A stretch of DNA of 64,000 bases from the human T2T-CHM13v2.0 reference genome, Homo sapiens (GCF_009914755.1 NC_060946.1); one strand, 5' to 3'; positions 12,342 to 27,655 are shown, counted from the first letter of the stretch. Made by a program: numbers and translations. Notes: a model not told the origin generated them from the sequence alone.

Positions 12342-13423
12342 TGTTCCTATTTTTATATCAGACAAGCTTTAAAGCAACAACAGTTATAAAAGACAAAGAA
12401 GGAAATTTTATAATGATAAAAGGATCGGTCCAACAGAACAATATCACAAACCTAAATATATATGCACCTAATACTGGAGCTCCCAAATTTATAAAACAAT
12501 TATTACTAGACCTAAGAAATGGGATAGATGGCACCACAATAATAGTAGGGGACTTCAATACTCCATGGACAGCACTAGACAGGACATCAAGGCAGAAAGT
12601 CAATAAAGAAAAAATTGACTTTAATTATATCCTAGAACAAATAGATTTAGCAGATATTTACCTAACATTCTACCCAACAACTTCAGAATATACCATATTT
12701 TAATCAGCACATAGAACGTTCTCCAAGATAAATCATAAGATAGGCCACAAAACAAGTCTCAACAAATTTAAGAAAATTGAAATTATGTCAAGTACCTTTT
12801 CAGACCACAATGGAATAAAACTGGAAATTAACTCCAAAAAGAACCCTTAAAACTATACAAATACATGAAAATTAAATAATCTGCTCCTGAATGACCTTTG
12901 GGTTAACAATGAAATCAAGAAGGAAATTTAAAAATTGCTTGAACTGAACAATAATAGTGACACAACCTATTAAAACCTCTGAGATACAGCAAAACTAAGA
13001 GGACAGTTCATAGCATTAAATAGTCTGAAACAGCATGAACAGACAATCTAAGGTGACACCTCAAGGAACTCAAGAAACAAGAACCAACCAAACTCAAACC
13101 CAGAAGAAAAGAAATAACAAAGATCAGAGCAGAACTAAATAAAATTGAAACAAAAAATACAAAAGATAAATGAAACAAAAACTGGTTATTTGAAGAGATA
13201 AACAAAATTGACAGACCGTTAGTGAGATTAACCAAGAAAAAAAGGGAGACGATCCAAATAAGCTCAATTAGAAATGAAATGGGAAATATTACAACCAATA
13301 CCACAGAAATATGAAAGATATTCAAGGCTACTATGAACACCCTTATGCACACAGACTAGAAAATCTAGAAGAGATGGATAAATTCCTGGAAAATAAGTTA
13401 TTATTTGAAAAAGACACTTGTAT

Positions 13424-13811
<388 letters not shown>

Positions 13812-13841
13812 TCAACCAATGAGTGAATAAAGAAAACGTTA

Positions 13842-14135
13842 TTTTTTTATTTTTAGACGGAATTTCGCTTTTGTTGCCCAGGCTGGAGTGCAATGGTATG
13901 ATCTAGGTTTACCGCAACCTCTGCCTCCTGGGTTCAAGTGATTCTCTTGCCTCAGCCTCCCGAGTAGCTGGGATTACAGGCATGTACCACCACGTCCAGC
14001 TAATTTTGTATTTTTAGTAGAGACAGGGTTTCTCCATGTTGGTCAGGCTGGTCTCGAACTCCTGACCTCAGATGATCTGCCTACCTTGGCCTCCCAAAGT
14101 GCTGGGATTATGGGCATCAGCCACTGCACCCAGCC
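13842..14135 (-). mobile_element. AluS
   Basis: Full antisense dimer. Confidence 0.9.
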
Positions 14136-14239
14136 AAAAATGTGATTTTATATATATATATATAATATACACCATGAAATACTACTCAGACCTAAAAAGG
14201 AATAAAATAATGGAATTTGCAGCAACCTGGATGGAGTTG

Positions 14240-14361
14240 GCCTCGTTTACTACTCTGGGTTTCTGTCTGAGGATGAGGGTGATGATTGCTGATCAGGATG
14301 CGGAAGGAACCCAGTGCTAACCCACAGCATCTGCCCCACAGGGAAATAAGGCACAAGTCTC
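14240..14361 (+). pseudogene. V-lambda relic, 3' part (FR3 end + degenerate RSS)
   Basis: ASFT.SGFLSEDEGDDC*SG resembles ASLTISGLQSEDEADYYCSA; followed by CACAGCA (14323) and a degenerate nonamer ~23 nt later. Confidence 0.65.
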
Positions 14362-14964
14362 TTGTTTGATCCCACGCTATGACCTCTAGACCTACTCTTC
14401 CCTCTTGTCACCAAAACCACAATCAGGAAAAATTTCTGCAGGCATTTCCCCATCCTGGAACAAGGATCTGAGACTCTTCACTGAATTTGTGACCTTCTAT
14501 CCAGCCAATATTTATACTGAGCTATTAAGATTAACATCTTAGCCTGGTCATTGCCACACAGGCAGGCAAGGCAGCTCAGGTGGAAAATACTTTTGGTCAT
14601 CCCATGTGTCTGGGCATATGGCCTTGATGTGAGTTTATGTTCATGCTCAGGACAAGTTATGGGTCAGGGGACTAGTCAGCTTATGGGCCAGGAAAAGGTG
14701 CTAAGGTTTGTGGAGTCAAAGAGGGAATTCACACATATTAATGCTCCTTGTTTCCACCTAAGGCAGTTTGTGAAGTCTGTGGGTTCTGTGACTGTCCACA
14801 AATGGAGCAGGAACATTCCTTAGAACGGATGATTGGGACCCCACAAAGGAAAAGACAAGAGGAAGCACAGGCTACACAATGAAAATACACTTGGTCATGC
14901 CAAAGGCTAGGTCATGCCAAAGGCTAATGAAAGAGCTTTGAGTATAATTCAGTGCCTTTGGGGT

Positions 14965-15750
14965 TGAGTGGAAAATACAAAAACCATCTTTGCCCTGCTC
15001 TCACACCACAACAATCAACACGTTTCCATGACCAAATGTGTAGGATTTCTCCCCACCCCCTAGAAAGCAAGCCATTGGTTTTGCAGCGGACACCACACAG
15101 GTGCCCTCTCATTGAATGCAATTCTGACACTATCCACATGGAGACAGGGTCAGATCTTACAGTTTGAGGGCTATTTCCCCAAGACTGTGCCCCACTACTT
15201 ACGCCAATCCCAAGCCTCAGATTGCTTTACCTGTGCTTCTGTCCAAATAGCTGTAAGTTGAAGATTTCACAACATCTCCTTGGCTTCTATTAATTTGCTA
15301 GAATGGCTCACAGAGCTCAGTAGACACTTACAGGTTTATTAAAAAGGATACAACCAAGCATATAGATGAAGACATGCATAGCACAAGGTATGGGAAGTGG
15401 TGCACCACCGTCCAGTAATCTTCATGTGTTCAGCCTTCCAGAAGTTCTCCCAGCCTAGCTCCATTTGGGTTATTTTATGGACGCTTCCTCACCGAGGCTT
15501 TATGGAGTAAACCACTGCCCATTGGTGAATAATCGGCAGCCCCTCTCCCCTCCACAGAGGTTGGGAGATGAGGCTGAAAGTCCCATCCCTCTAACCCTGC
15601 CTTGGTCTTTCTTGTGACCTGCCCCCATCCTGAAGTTACCTAGGGACTGTCAGCCAACAGTCATCTCATTAGCATACAAAAAGACTCTGGTGATTTTAAG
15701 TATTTTAGGAGTTGTATAACAAGAAATGGGGTCAAAGACCAAAACCATAA
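14965..15750. mobile_element. MER21-like LTR
   Basis: CAATTCTGACACTATC..GTCAGATC and GGCTGAAAGTCCCATCCCTCTAA..CTTGGTCTTTC motifs. Confidence 0.6.
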
Positions 15751-15989
15751 TTTATAATAACACAGGGATGAAAAAGAAAGTAGAGGTTGATGATTTCAAG
15801 CCCACACTAGTCCTCATTATGACAGATGTGGATTTCCAACCCATAAGAGGCAGGAGGCTGAAGAGCTGAGACGAAACCTGTGAAAAGCAGGGACAGGGGA
15901 CATTTCTCAATTTCTTGTTACTGAAGTGATAGAGCTCCACCAGGCCTCACTTGGATTGACAAACTAAATTAAAAGATACACTCTTTAAA

Positions 15990-17135
<1,146 letters not shown>

Positions 17136-17197
17136 AAAGGGATAGAAAATACCATGAAACCACTTACAGAAAGCAAGTATGGCAATCCTCTGTCCTT

Positions 17198-17882
17198 TGT
17201 CTTGGGAGAAAGTTTTGGCCAAGAGACAATTTAGGCAAAAAAGAGAATTTACTGAAGAAAAACAGAGAGCAAATAGTTTATTTAGAGAGACAGTGTACTC
17301 TGGAAGATAAGGCAGAGCGGGCTGCTGATAGAGAATGAGCCAGCGGCCCGAGAAATGTGCACTGAGTTTTTATGATATTGCACTTTTTCTTGGAGTTCCC
17401 ACCTCTGTTTTAAGTCTCCACCTTTTTTTCTTTCTCTAGTTTTTCTGCTTCAGCCTTAAGTCCCTGCCTTTTCCCCACATAGTTTCCAGCCCAGGCTGTG
17501 GGACCCTCCCTTAACACACACATGGGCCCAGTGTTTGATAGGAATTCTACCTAATGGCTGCATTGCTCATTACTGCCACCCCAGGAAGGTTGTATGGTGG
17601 TCAAATCTATACTTACTGTACCTGCATCTCTCTTAGAAATTTCTCCTTTGCTCTCACCCCTATTATCAGCATGCAGCTAGCTACATTCTGACAGGTTAAC
17701 TTCAGAGTGAGTGAATACTGGGTGTCTTAAGGGGCTTTGTTCTGGCATAGGTATTTACCCTAATCTCTGTTCGTATCTAGCATGTGTGCTTTGGGTGGTC
17801 TCTGGGGTGTGAGATTTTCCAGAACTCCCTTTTCTCAGGGGCTGCCCCTCCTGCTTCTGTCTAGCTATCTGCCTACTCTAAA
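17198..17882 (-). mobile_element. ERV1-type solo LTR, subfamily uncertain
   Basis: TG start, TTTATT (minus-strand poly(A) signal) at ~17277, LTR-like composition ending CTATCTGCCTACTCTAA. Confidence 0.55.
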
Positions 17883-18859
17883 GTTAGTATTAGTATGAAA
17901 GCTTTTATGAAAAACATTTTTTTCCAAGAAAAGGGAGGCATTTTATACTGGTGAAATAAGGTGTTCAATGACAACACATAACAACTGTAAATTGTATGCA
18001 CCTAATAAAATAGCTTTAAAGTATTTGAAGCAAAACTGTCTCTTTTAGCAGAATTAAAAAGAGAAATAATCAATCCATAATCATATACACAGATATTAAT
18101 ACAACTCTCTTATTAACTGAGTGAATGACATGGAGAAAAAAGAGTATACATACAAATACGTGAAAACCATGATTAACAAAATCAATCCAGTGACACCAGG
18201 AACCCAAGCCTGAAGGGTAGTTGCTTGAGTATGCATTCATGGATGAACGCATCCAATGAATCATCACAGGAACAAACAATTGAGGCCTTCGTTTATGTAT
18301 TTCTAACTGATGTTAAGTTTTTCCTTCCTATTCTGTGAGTAGAGGTGGATCCCTGTGGAAGGAGCTGCCCGGGTCTTTGCTCCAGAAGCTGTCTGCATTC
18401 TCCCCTCACTGTAGCCTCGTCACATTAGGCCATTGTTATATTTCCCATATGTCCTTCTTCTAGTAATCCAGGAGCCCTCAATGAAAAGGCTGTTTATTAA
18501 TACCAGTAGCTCAGGACAGAGCAGGGGCATGGCTCATGGATGGTTTGGACCAGGCCCTTAGATGACTGCACTCACATGATTCCCACTGAGACTGCAGTCT
18601 GGCCAGTGAGCAGCAGGGGCACTGTGGGTCTGTCTCACGGTCTGCACAGTGGCTATTCATAGCTGTGCCAACCCCTAAACTCCCCAGGGCTGGGCAGTGG
18701 AGCCTGCACTCACTGAAGCCGACTCAGCTGCTGCATCTTCTCTGGGTGTGGTTCCAGCACCCACTTCCTCCCAGGTCCTGCCAGACTCTCTCATCCACCA
18801 GTCCCCAGGTCTTGAATAAATGCATAGAGTGGGGTGGGGGCAGGCAGTGGGTGGGACAC

Positions 18860-19759
18860 ATTTGCATCCATAACCCTTCCTCTGTGAGGCCAGTGGAGGG
18901 GATAAGAGAGGCCTAGGGCAGCCACTCCAGCTCTGGACCTCGGGAGGGCTGTGTCCACCATGGCCGGGGCCCCTGCTCCTCCCTGCTGCTCCCCTCTCAC
19001 TTATCAGGTAGGGACAGGCCTCAGATTCCTGGGAAAGCCTCCCAGTCTGAGTTCTTGCCCCGTGTTCCACTCTCACATTTCATCCCTGCTTACTCACCCA
19101 TGAGCATTTGTGTTTGCAGGTTCCCCCCACCTCGGCCTGTTCTGACTCAGCCACCCTCCCTCTCTGCATCTCTGGGAAATTCTGAGGCTCACATTTACCC
19201 TGAGCTGTGGCTTCACTGCTGGTGGCTAGCACATATCCTGCTACCAGTAGCATCTAGGGAGTGCTCTCTAGTATCTCCTGAGAGATGATATATCTCCAGT
19301 GGGATAGATATCTCAAGAGTGGGCTCCTGATAAAAGGATAAAGTTCAACCCTATTTACTCATTTTCACACTCTTCTTTGCCCTTTTTCCCTGAGATAATG
19401 CAGCAGAAAGACCCTTGCCAGATTTCAGCATCTGCTTGTGGACTTCTAAGGTCACAGAAATCTCAACCAAATAAACTTTTAGTCTCAGTAAGTTACCCAA
19501 TATATGGTATTCTATTGTATCAGAAGAAAATGGAGAAAATGGACTAGGACAGCACGTGTAGAACAGTCTGCTAATCTGACTCAAGTAAGCACCATGGCTC
19601 CAGGGTCCCCGGTCACTTTTCTAAATCTAAAGATGCCTCAGCCAATGCAGTAATTCTGCACATCTCTGGGCTGCAGCCAGAGGATGAGGCTACTACATAT
19701 CTCAGCAGCCATGGCACTTCCACAGTGCTCCAGAACCCCAGGGAAGTGAGACTAGGACC
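18860..19759 (+). pseudogene. IGLV5-like pseudogene with octamer, leader, interrupted V exon and 23-RSS
   Basis: Octamer 18860-18867; ATG 18960; donor 19008; acceptor 19119; RPVLTQPPSLSASLG; after a ~265-bp insert DSSKHHGSRVPGHFSKSKDASANAVILHISGLQPEDEA; CACAGTG 19721-19727 + 23 nt + ACTAGGACC. Confidence 0.88.
19297..19561 (+). repeat. Inverted copy of 20026-20290 inserted in the IGLV5-like pseudogene
   Basis: Near-identical reverse complement of the LTR end plus 10 nt of flanking DNA. Confidence 0.9.
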
Positions 19760-20035
19760 TCCCCTGTGTTCTCTCTGCCTGGTGCAATCACCACTGTCCT
19801 GCCTGGGACCAACTCTGGCTCAGGGATTGATTCCTGTTGTTACTTTTTCAGCCAGTGTCTAATTTTCCTAGGATATATAGATGTAAAATGTGTTTTTTTC
19901 TTAAAATGTTAATTTGATATATTTTTCATATCTTTTCCCCTTATGATGCCTACAGTGGAGTAGGTCAGTTCTTAGAGCTAAGTTTCCCTCCAGGAAGATT
20001 ACAGAAGAGGAAGGAGATGAATAACCTACACGTGC

Positions 20036-20430
20036 TGTCCTAGTCCATTTCCCCCATTTTCTTCTGATATAATAGAATATCATATGTTGGGTAACTTACT
20101 GAGACTAAAAGTTTATTTGGTTGAGATTTCCGTGGCCTTAGAAGTCCACAAGCAGATGCTGAAATTTGGCAAGGGTCTTTCTGCTGCATTATCTCAGGGA
20201 AAAAGGGCAAAGAAGAGTGTGAAAATGAGTAAATAGGGTTGAACTTTATCCTTTTATCAGGAGCCCACTCTTGAGATATCTATCCCATTGCCAGGATAAG
20301 GGCACTAATCCATTCATGATGGTGGAACCCTCATGACCTAATCACCTCTTAAAGGTCCTGCCTCCAATTACTTTTACCATGATAATTAAATTCTACCATG
20401 AGTTTTGGAGGGGATATTCAAACCATACAC
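20036..20430 (-). mobile_element. MaLR LTR (MST/MLT1A-like)
   Basis: TGTCCTAGTCCATTT...CCCTCATGACCTAATCACCTC..CATGAGTTTTGGAGGGGA..TTCAAACCATA. Confidence 0.85.
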
Positions 20431-21746
20431 ATGTCCAAACTAGGGCCTAGACCTGACTTAGAGATGTGTGTGGTCTGAGAACTTCTGATCAGCTGGTTGG
20501 TCCAGCATGCCCCAACCCCAGCTCCACTGACCAGCTCCAGGAGTGAGTGAGGTCACCTTCCTCACAACTGCTCATTCCAGCCTGTCTCTGAACTGTTCAC
20601 TCCTCTTGAGGTTCAGAGGATGCAGGTCTTTGTGGTTCCAGGGATGTTGGGCAAACAGTCTTTTCCACAGTGGAATATGACTGTGCTTGTGACTTCGCAG
20701 TGTGCAGAGGACACTCAGCACCTGCCTCTCCCCCCCGACTTTGTCAGGCCCATGATTATCACCCTCTCCTTCATCCCAAGTTCATCTGATACGCATGCCA
20801 AGATTTCAGTGAGGCTGGGGACACATAAGGATGATGATACTAAAATGAACAAGTTCCATTTCATAATAGTGGCAGAAGATCAGAGATCTGTAGGGGAGTT
20901 GTGCCCCCACTCTGAGTATTTAGGAAGCAACTCTAGGGACATCTTGCTCTGCTTCTCCCTTCTCTGCACAGGTGAAAGAAGGAGCCTGTGCAGACAATCG
21001 TTCATTAGAAGCTCCTGCCTTCTTCCTCTTTTCCACCCCCCAGGACTGGATGGGGCCTTTGTAATGGCTTCAAATTATAGTGAGAGTCAAACAAGACAAT
21101 TGGTCAATGACTCCAACATCCCTCTCAGGGCTGCCTGACATGAGACAGGATGGATTGCATCTGATACACCCCCACCCTTCTTTCTTATCGGTATATTAGG
21201 TTTTTCTTATTGATGTGAACACACTCTACATTATACAAAATAAGTTATATTTATATTTCAAACCTGTGATGGTGATTTTTAAATTATAGTAAAAATATAC
21301 ATATAAAATTTACCATCTTAATCATTTTAGGTGTACAGATCATAAGTATTAACTATATTCACATTGCTGTGCAACAGATCTGCAGAAATTATCCATCTTG
21401 CAAAACTGTAGCTATTGAATAACAGCTCCCCATTTTCCTGCCTCTTGTGGTGGTTTTAAATACAATGCAATACATACTAGCTGAAAATGGAAAAAAGAAG
21501 TATATGAAAATGTTAAATGCATAGCACAAAAAATGAATAATAGGGTCACTTTGGTTATAACTTTAAATGAGAAAACTCAAAGTAAAACAACAATCTATGA
21601 TATATCATATAAAATGCACAATTTAAAATTTTTAAAATTTAATATTAACAAAAATATATGTAATACACCACATAAGTATTCAATAAAACTAAATACAATT
21701 ATGTTTAATTTTTTTAAACTGTGAAAAAGATCCTATTAACTTTTGA

Positions 21747-22089
<343 letters not shown>

Positions 22090-22155
22090 AGTTTGATTCC
22101 AATTTTAACAGACAGGTGTTTTTGACAACCAGTTTATTTTCTTACTGAAATTTTC

Positions 22156-25100
22156 TTTTTCTTTTTTTTAAAAATTTTAAATCTTTAATTTCCGTTTTCA
22201 CTTATTTTCTTCTTGCTTCCAAAAGGAAAGGAGTGCGTAGCTCTGTTGCCTGTACATCGTCCACAGCCCCCGGCTCGGGGCAGGGTCCCCTAGGCCGCCC
22301 GGGGGTCCACATGCAGCCCCTGGGGGGCCGGCGCGGGGTGAGGTCCGGGGACCGCCTTATTGCTGAGGTCTGGCCGGTTGGGGCCGCCGCTAGGCGCGCT
22401 GGCTGGGCAGCTCCTGGGAGATGAAGCGACGCAGGCGCTCCAGGTACTGGCTGTAGAGCTCGATGTCGTTGTGCCCGGCGCCCTCCACCCACAGCGGCTC
22501 CACCGCCTTGGGGCAGCGCTCGTAGAGCGCCAGCCCGTGTGAGAAGTCGATCACCTCGTCCTCCATGCCGTGGATGATGAGCACGGGCGACGTGATCTTG
22601 GACACCTTCTCGATGTTAGGGAAGGCGTCGAAGCAGTAGGTCTTGGTGTCGGGGAAGGCGACGGGCATGCCCGAGGTGAGCGGCAGTGCAGCACCACCGC
22701 GGCACACTCGTAGCGCGAGGCCAGGTCCACGGTGGGCACCGTGCCGATGCTCTGCCCGTACAGGATGATGCTGTCCGGGCTGATGCCGTACCTGGCGGCG
22801 CCCGAGCAGGGTCAGCCGCTGCCTCCGACGCGCGCGCACCCTTCCCACCAGCGGGCGTCCCCGGGCCCAGCTCCGGATGCGACCCTCTAGTCTCCCCACT
22901 CAGCCAAGTCAGTGGGTCAGGCCCAGGCTCCACACCAGTCCCGAGGGCCACCCCCAGCCCCCCAACACCACGGCGGTGGGCGAAGCCAGCGGCCCCGCCC
23001 CGTTCCCTGGCGCTGCCGTTCACTGGCGTTTCCTAGCAAGGATCTGCAGGGATCCCGCCTACGGAGTGCCCCTGGGGCGGGGGTAGGGGAGGCCCTGGCG
23101 CCTCTTCTCCTCCTGGTCACCCCTAGGTGCACACTGGGAACTGTGTGCCCCCCACATCCTGAATGCGTCACGCCTTCCTGCCCGGGTTAGAAAGCCGTTC
23201 CTGGTGCACTGGCCAGGACAGCGGACACTCTTCCTTCCTGCAGCCCTTGCCCACCCCCTTGGCCATGAGGAATTCAGGCAGCTGTGTCCCCAAATGTCTC
23301 CACCCAATTTTGGACTCTCGGAGTCCCCACGCCCAATGAGATGCCAGTGCAACCCAGGTCAGCATCGAAGGTGGTGGCTGCGGAGGTGGCACCCCCTCCC
23401 ACCAGCACCTTCCCTTGGGAGTGGACAAGTCCTTGGCCACCTCAGCACCACCAGCTCCCACCCAGGGGCACCCTCACCCCCAGGTCACTGGTGTGCGGCC
23501 CTTGACCCAGCTGATCCAGCACCAGTTACAAGGCCTCCTCGTGCCCAGTCCCAACCACGCGGGACCCACCTGCTACCCTGCCCATGCCGGGACCCCACAA
23601 CTCTCCTCCCACACGCTCTAGGCTCTGATCCCAGGTAGATGCCCTCTTGCAAGGCAGGAGCATGGGCAGGTGTGCGTCCCCTCTGCCTGGCATTCGGACT
23701 CCACCAGCGGGCTGTCCCCGTCCCTGGCCTGGAATCCCAGCCTCCTGGCAGCACTCCACAGCTCGCCACTCACCCATGCCCCAAAGGATGCTGCCTGGCT
23801 GGTGCCTGTGGCCCCAGCTCTGCCTCGGCCTCCCTGGCCTGCTCCCTGGCAGCCATGGTCAGTAGTGTGCTGAGCCAGCCCAGCCCTGTCACCTGCTACA
23901 GGCAGGAGCCCCCAGCTGCCACCTGGATGTCACCACTCAAACGAACGGGACACATCCCCAGTGGAGGCCCTGGGCACGCTCTGGCCTCCCCCTCACAGCT
24001 CTGGGCCTAGGTTCCTGCAGGACAAAGTGGCAGCAGGACAGATGGCCGAGCAGACGAGCTCAGAGCTGGCCATGGCGGGTGTGACTCTGCCAGTGGCCCA
24101 GGCAGTAGAGACAGGAGGGGCCGAGGAAGTCGCATGAAGTGGTACTTGGTGTCAGCGCCCCACACTGCTGGGAGGCCCCCAGAGCCAGGGTGGTGCCAGG
24201 GGACCAGCTCCCAGGCCCACAGCAGGGACAGCCTGCAATATCACCAAGGCAACGAGGACCCCACCTCCCCAGGGCCTCTGACTTCTCAGAGTTGTGCCTG
24301 GTCCCCTGCAGGAGCAGGTCAGACCAGTGGGCTGGGCAGGGCCAGGACGAGACAGCCCCAGTGGATGGCGAGCAGGAAAGGCCACCAGAGGCCCACCCGG
24401 GTCTCCTCGTCCAAAGCAGCACTGGCCCGGGCGGTGCTCAAACACCGGTGAAGGGCCCAGGCAAGCGCAGGGCTGGGGACCTGGATGACTAGGAGGGCTG
24501 GATCTGGAATCGAGGCTGGCCCAGACCTCGGGTGTGTGCTGGGGGTCTGCACCCTACCCTGCAGGCCCTGCCCCAGGATGGCCAAGCTCCGCAGCCACAG
24601 GGCCTCGTGGGCCAGGCCTCGGGACCTGGATGCAGCAGCCTCGCCTCACTTGGCCCCAAGTGCTGCCTCGGCAGATGGGCTCCCAGCCACACGTGCACAG
24701 ACCCCCAGACCACCACCCACTCCCTCCCACCGGGTGGCATCCACGCCCCTGTGACAAGCTCAGCCCCTTCCCGTCCTCAGGCCAGGGGTTCCAGGGAGCC
24801 TGGCTCCACAGGCCAGGGTGTGGGAGGACCGCCTGGCCACACCTCAGCCATGTGGAGGTGGCACCTGCACACCCCAGCTCGCCTGTCCGGCTCTCTGGCC
24901 CTGTGCATCCACTGTGGCTCCCCTCCTGCAGGGCCGCCCAACTTCCTCCCAGGGAAGCCCGCCCCCCGGCCCCCGGCTTGGTCCCCTCTTGGGTGTGCCC
25001 AGGCTGAGCTGCCCCCAGGGTCGCCCTCACCTGGTGCGCAGGGCCTGCCAGGCGGCGTCGATGTCGGCATAGAGGTTCCTCTCGGAAGGCCTGCCCGCGC

Positions 25101-25930
25101 TGGCACCGTAGCCGGAGTAGTCGTAGAAGATGTTGCAGTGGAGGCGGGAGCCCAGGCCAATGTAGAAGCTGCTCATCTGGCCCAGGTCCACGGCGTTGCC
25201 GTGCGAGAAGAGGACCGTGTACCTGGCACCAGGCACGCAGCGAACATACATACAGGAGACGCGGTTGCCGCGGGCGCTCTTGGTGGGGAAGACCTCGATG
25301 GTGTCCAGCTCGCGCTGGCTGTACTGGAAGTCGGCGCGCTCCGCCAGGTGCAGCTTCCAGCGCCCGGGTGCGCCCGAGGAGGCCCGCAGGGTCCCCGAGG
25401 GGGCGGCCCCGGCCCCACCAGGCCCCGGCTCGGGCTCAGGCACCAGGGAGTAGGTGGCCTCCGGCGGCAGGAAGGCGAGCTTGGCAGCGATGCGGCCGGG
25501 GCAGGGCGGGCAGCAAAGGCAGCAGAGCTCACTCAGCGACAGCCCATTCATGGCGGGCGCCGCCCGGGCCGGGCCTCCACCGGGGCCCCCGCCAACAACG
25601 CCGCCTGGCCTGGCCCGGCAGGGGAAGCGTGGGGGTGCTCCGAGTCGCGGGCAGGGGGGAGAGCGCCCCCCCAGCTACCGCCCCAGACGGCAGCCCCGTT
25701 AGGAGGCCAGGGCCCACCCCCATCGCGGTCCAAGCCGAGCCCCAGGGAGCCTCGCAACCACAGGTCTCCATGTCGTGCCCTGGGAAGCCCATCCCGGCCC
25801 GCGCCCCCGGGCCCCAGGGCCGCGCTCCATGGCTCCCGGCCGCCCGCCCGTGCATCCGTCGGTCCCTCTGCGCCCCGGCCCGGCCTCCTGCACCGCCACC
25901 GCCGCAGCTCCCCCACGGACGGAAGTGAGT
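22156..25930 (-). pseudogene. ABHD17AP5: Semi-processed ABHD17A (FAM108A1) retrocopy: ATG 25551, retained intron 25030-22792, stop 22392-22390
   Basis: [31 protein letters not shown]...WQALRTR / [35 protein letters not shown] / ...[30 protein letters not shown]. Frameshift near 22685; two single-codon deletions; poly(A) ~22156-22169; TSD TTACTGAAATTTTC at 22142-22155 and 25931-25944. The paralogue number is inferred from the position next to IGLV8-61. Confidence 0.93.
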
Positions 25931-27249
25931 TTACTGAAATTTTCAAGCCACAGAAAGAACAAAAGAAGTAATATCCATTATATTGTCCAAAACAATAGTA
26001 CCTGGAAGATCTGGAGGCAAAAATGAAGCCTGAGAATAGCAGGACATAGACATATTTCATAACATAGACTCACAGCAGAATAATGGTTATGTTGGTTCAT
26101 TAGGGAAGAAAACACTAAACAGCTCTTGCAAATACACTCAATATACAGTAAGATAGCTTGTGATTTTAACGAGTTAGCAAAGCAGAACAATGAGGCAAAA
26201 GCAAACAGAAACACTAAAAGAAATCCATTCTCTAGAATCATTTTTAAAGACTTTGCTAGATTTACCAAATAATTCAGTATTGACTTATTCTGTCTCCATT
26301 TTATTTCATAATGGAACCCGTCTAATTTTATGCTAAATGTATGCTGTAAGGACACCTTGCTACTCTGAAAAAATAAGGGATCAGTGGATAAAAGACCATA
26401 TTTTATTAAAAAAAGAGTGTGTTTTGATGCATGATTTTGTGACTCTACATTTTTAAGTAAGGATGAAGAACTTGGTGATTAATTAAATGATTCCTCAGTT
26501 GCTCATCAATGCCATCAGATGCCTTGAATATACTGTGAGGACAGCATCTGGAAGAAATGGAGGAGATCTGAGTAATAATTCAGATGGAGCCAATTTCCAC
26601 AATCTTATTTTCCCATTACCTGCAGCTCTGAATTTAACTAAGTCTCTGTGTTAACAACTTGTATTGTTTATCTGGGTGAATGACCTCAGAAGACACCAGG
26701 CAGCTGGATGCCTGCACTTCTTTCGTGCTAATGGTTCATATAGTCTCCTCACCCCCAACACTTTGATACTTCCTTGAAACTGGATTACATATGAGATAGA
26801 AACAAAGAATGCAGGTGCCATAATGACTCTCAGGAGTCACTGAATCTGTGTTCATGATGCATTACTGTGCCAGCTGCCTCCCTCTTCTTGTGAAGGCCCT
26901 TCTTTATTCCTTGAGATGTGCTCATCATGAAATAGCTACAAGCATATCATCTGCTTGCCTTGCCCGTTATAGCAACCATGAAAATAAATTTGCAGCATCA
27001 TATATAGCCCAAATATTCTCGAAAGATGATCCTAATAGCTCTAATAACAAAATAAGTTTTCTACAGAGTAGCTATATGTACCTGCTCTCAGCTTATGTAA
27101 ACTTGTGTTTTTATTGCTCTTAAAGCAAAATTTTTCCTAAAATTGAGAAAAGAACTAAAGTTCTTTGTCATTATATGAAGAAAGATACAGCATCTAATAT
27201 TGTGAACTTCTCTATTTTGAGATGTTTTCAGACATCAAGACTGGATAAT

Positions 27250-27549
27250 AGGCTGGGCACGGTGGCTCACGCCTGTAATCCCAGCACTTTGGGAGGCCGA
27301 GGCAGGCGGATCACGACGTCAGGAGATTGAGACCATCCTGGTTAACATGGTGAAACCCCGTCTCTACTAAAAATACAAAAAAATTAGCCGGGTGTAGTGG
27401 TGGGTGCCTGTAGTCCCAGCTACTTGGGAGGCTGAGGCAGGAAAATGGCGTCAACTCGGGAGGCGGAGGTTGCAGTGAGCCGAGATCACGCCACTGCTCT
27501 CCAGCCTGGGCGACAGAGCAAGACTCCGTCTCAAAAAAAAAAAAAAAAG
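27250..27549 (+). mobile_element. AluY/Sc
   Basis: Full dimer; TSD AAGACTGGATAATA. Confidence 0.92.
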
Positions 27550-27607
27550 ACTGGATAATAAAATTATTTAACAATTCGGAACATAAATTTAGAATTGAAA
27601 AAAGCTT

Positions 27608-27655
27608 TATACTATACTATACTATACTATACTATACTATACTATACTATACTAC
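27608..27655. repeat. (TATAC)n pentanucleotide microsatellite
   Basis: ~9 perfect units. Confidence 0.95.

Noticed and set aside
20620-21138. 172-aa ORF
   Set aside because: No recognisable homology, motif or gene structure.
24532-25971. 479-aa + strand ORF and many overlapping ORFs at 22.2-26 kb
   Set aside because: Antisense or alternative frames of the GC-rich ABHD17A retrocopy; Pro/Gly/Ala-rich with no recognisable domain.
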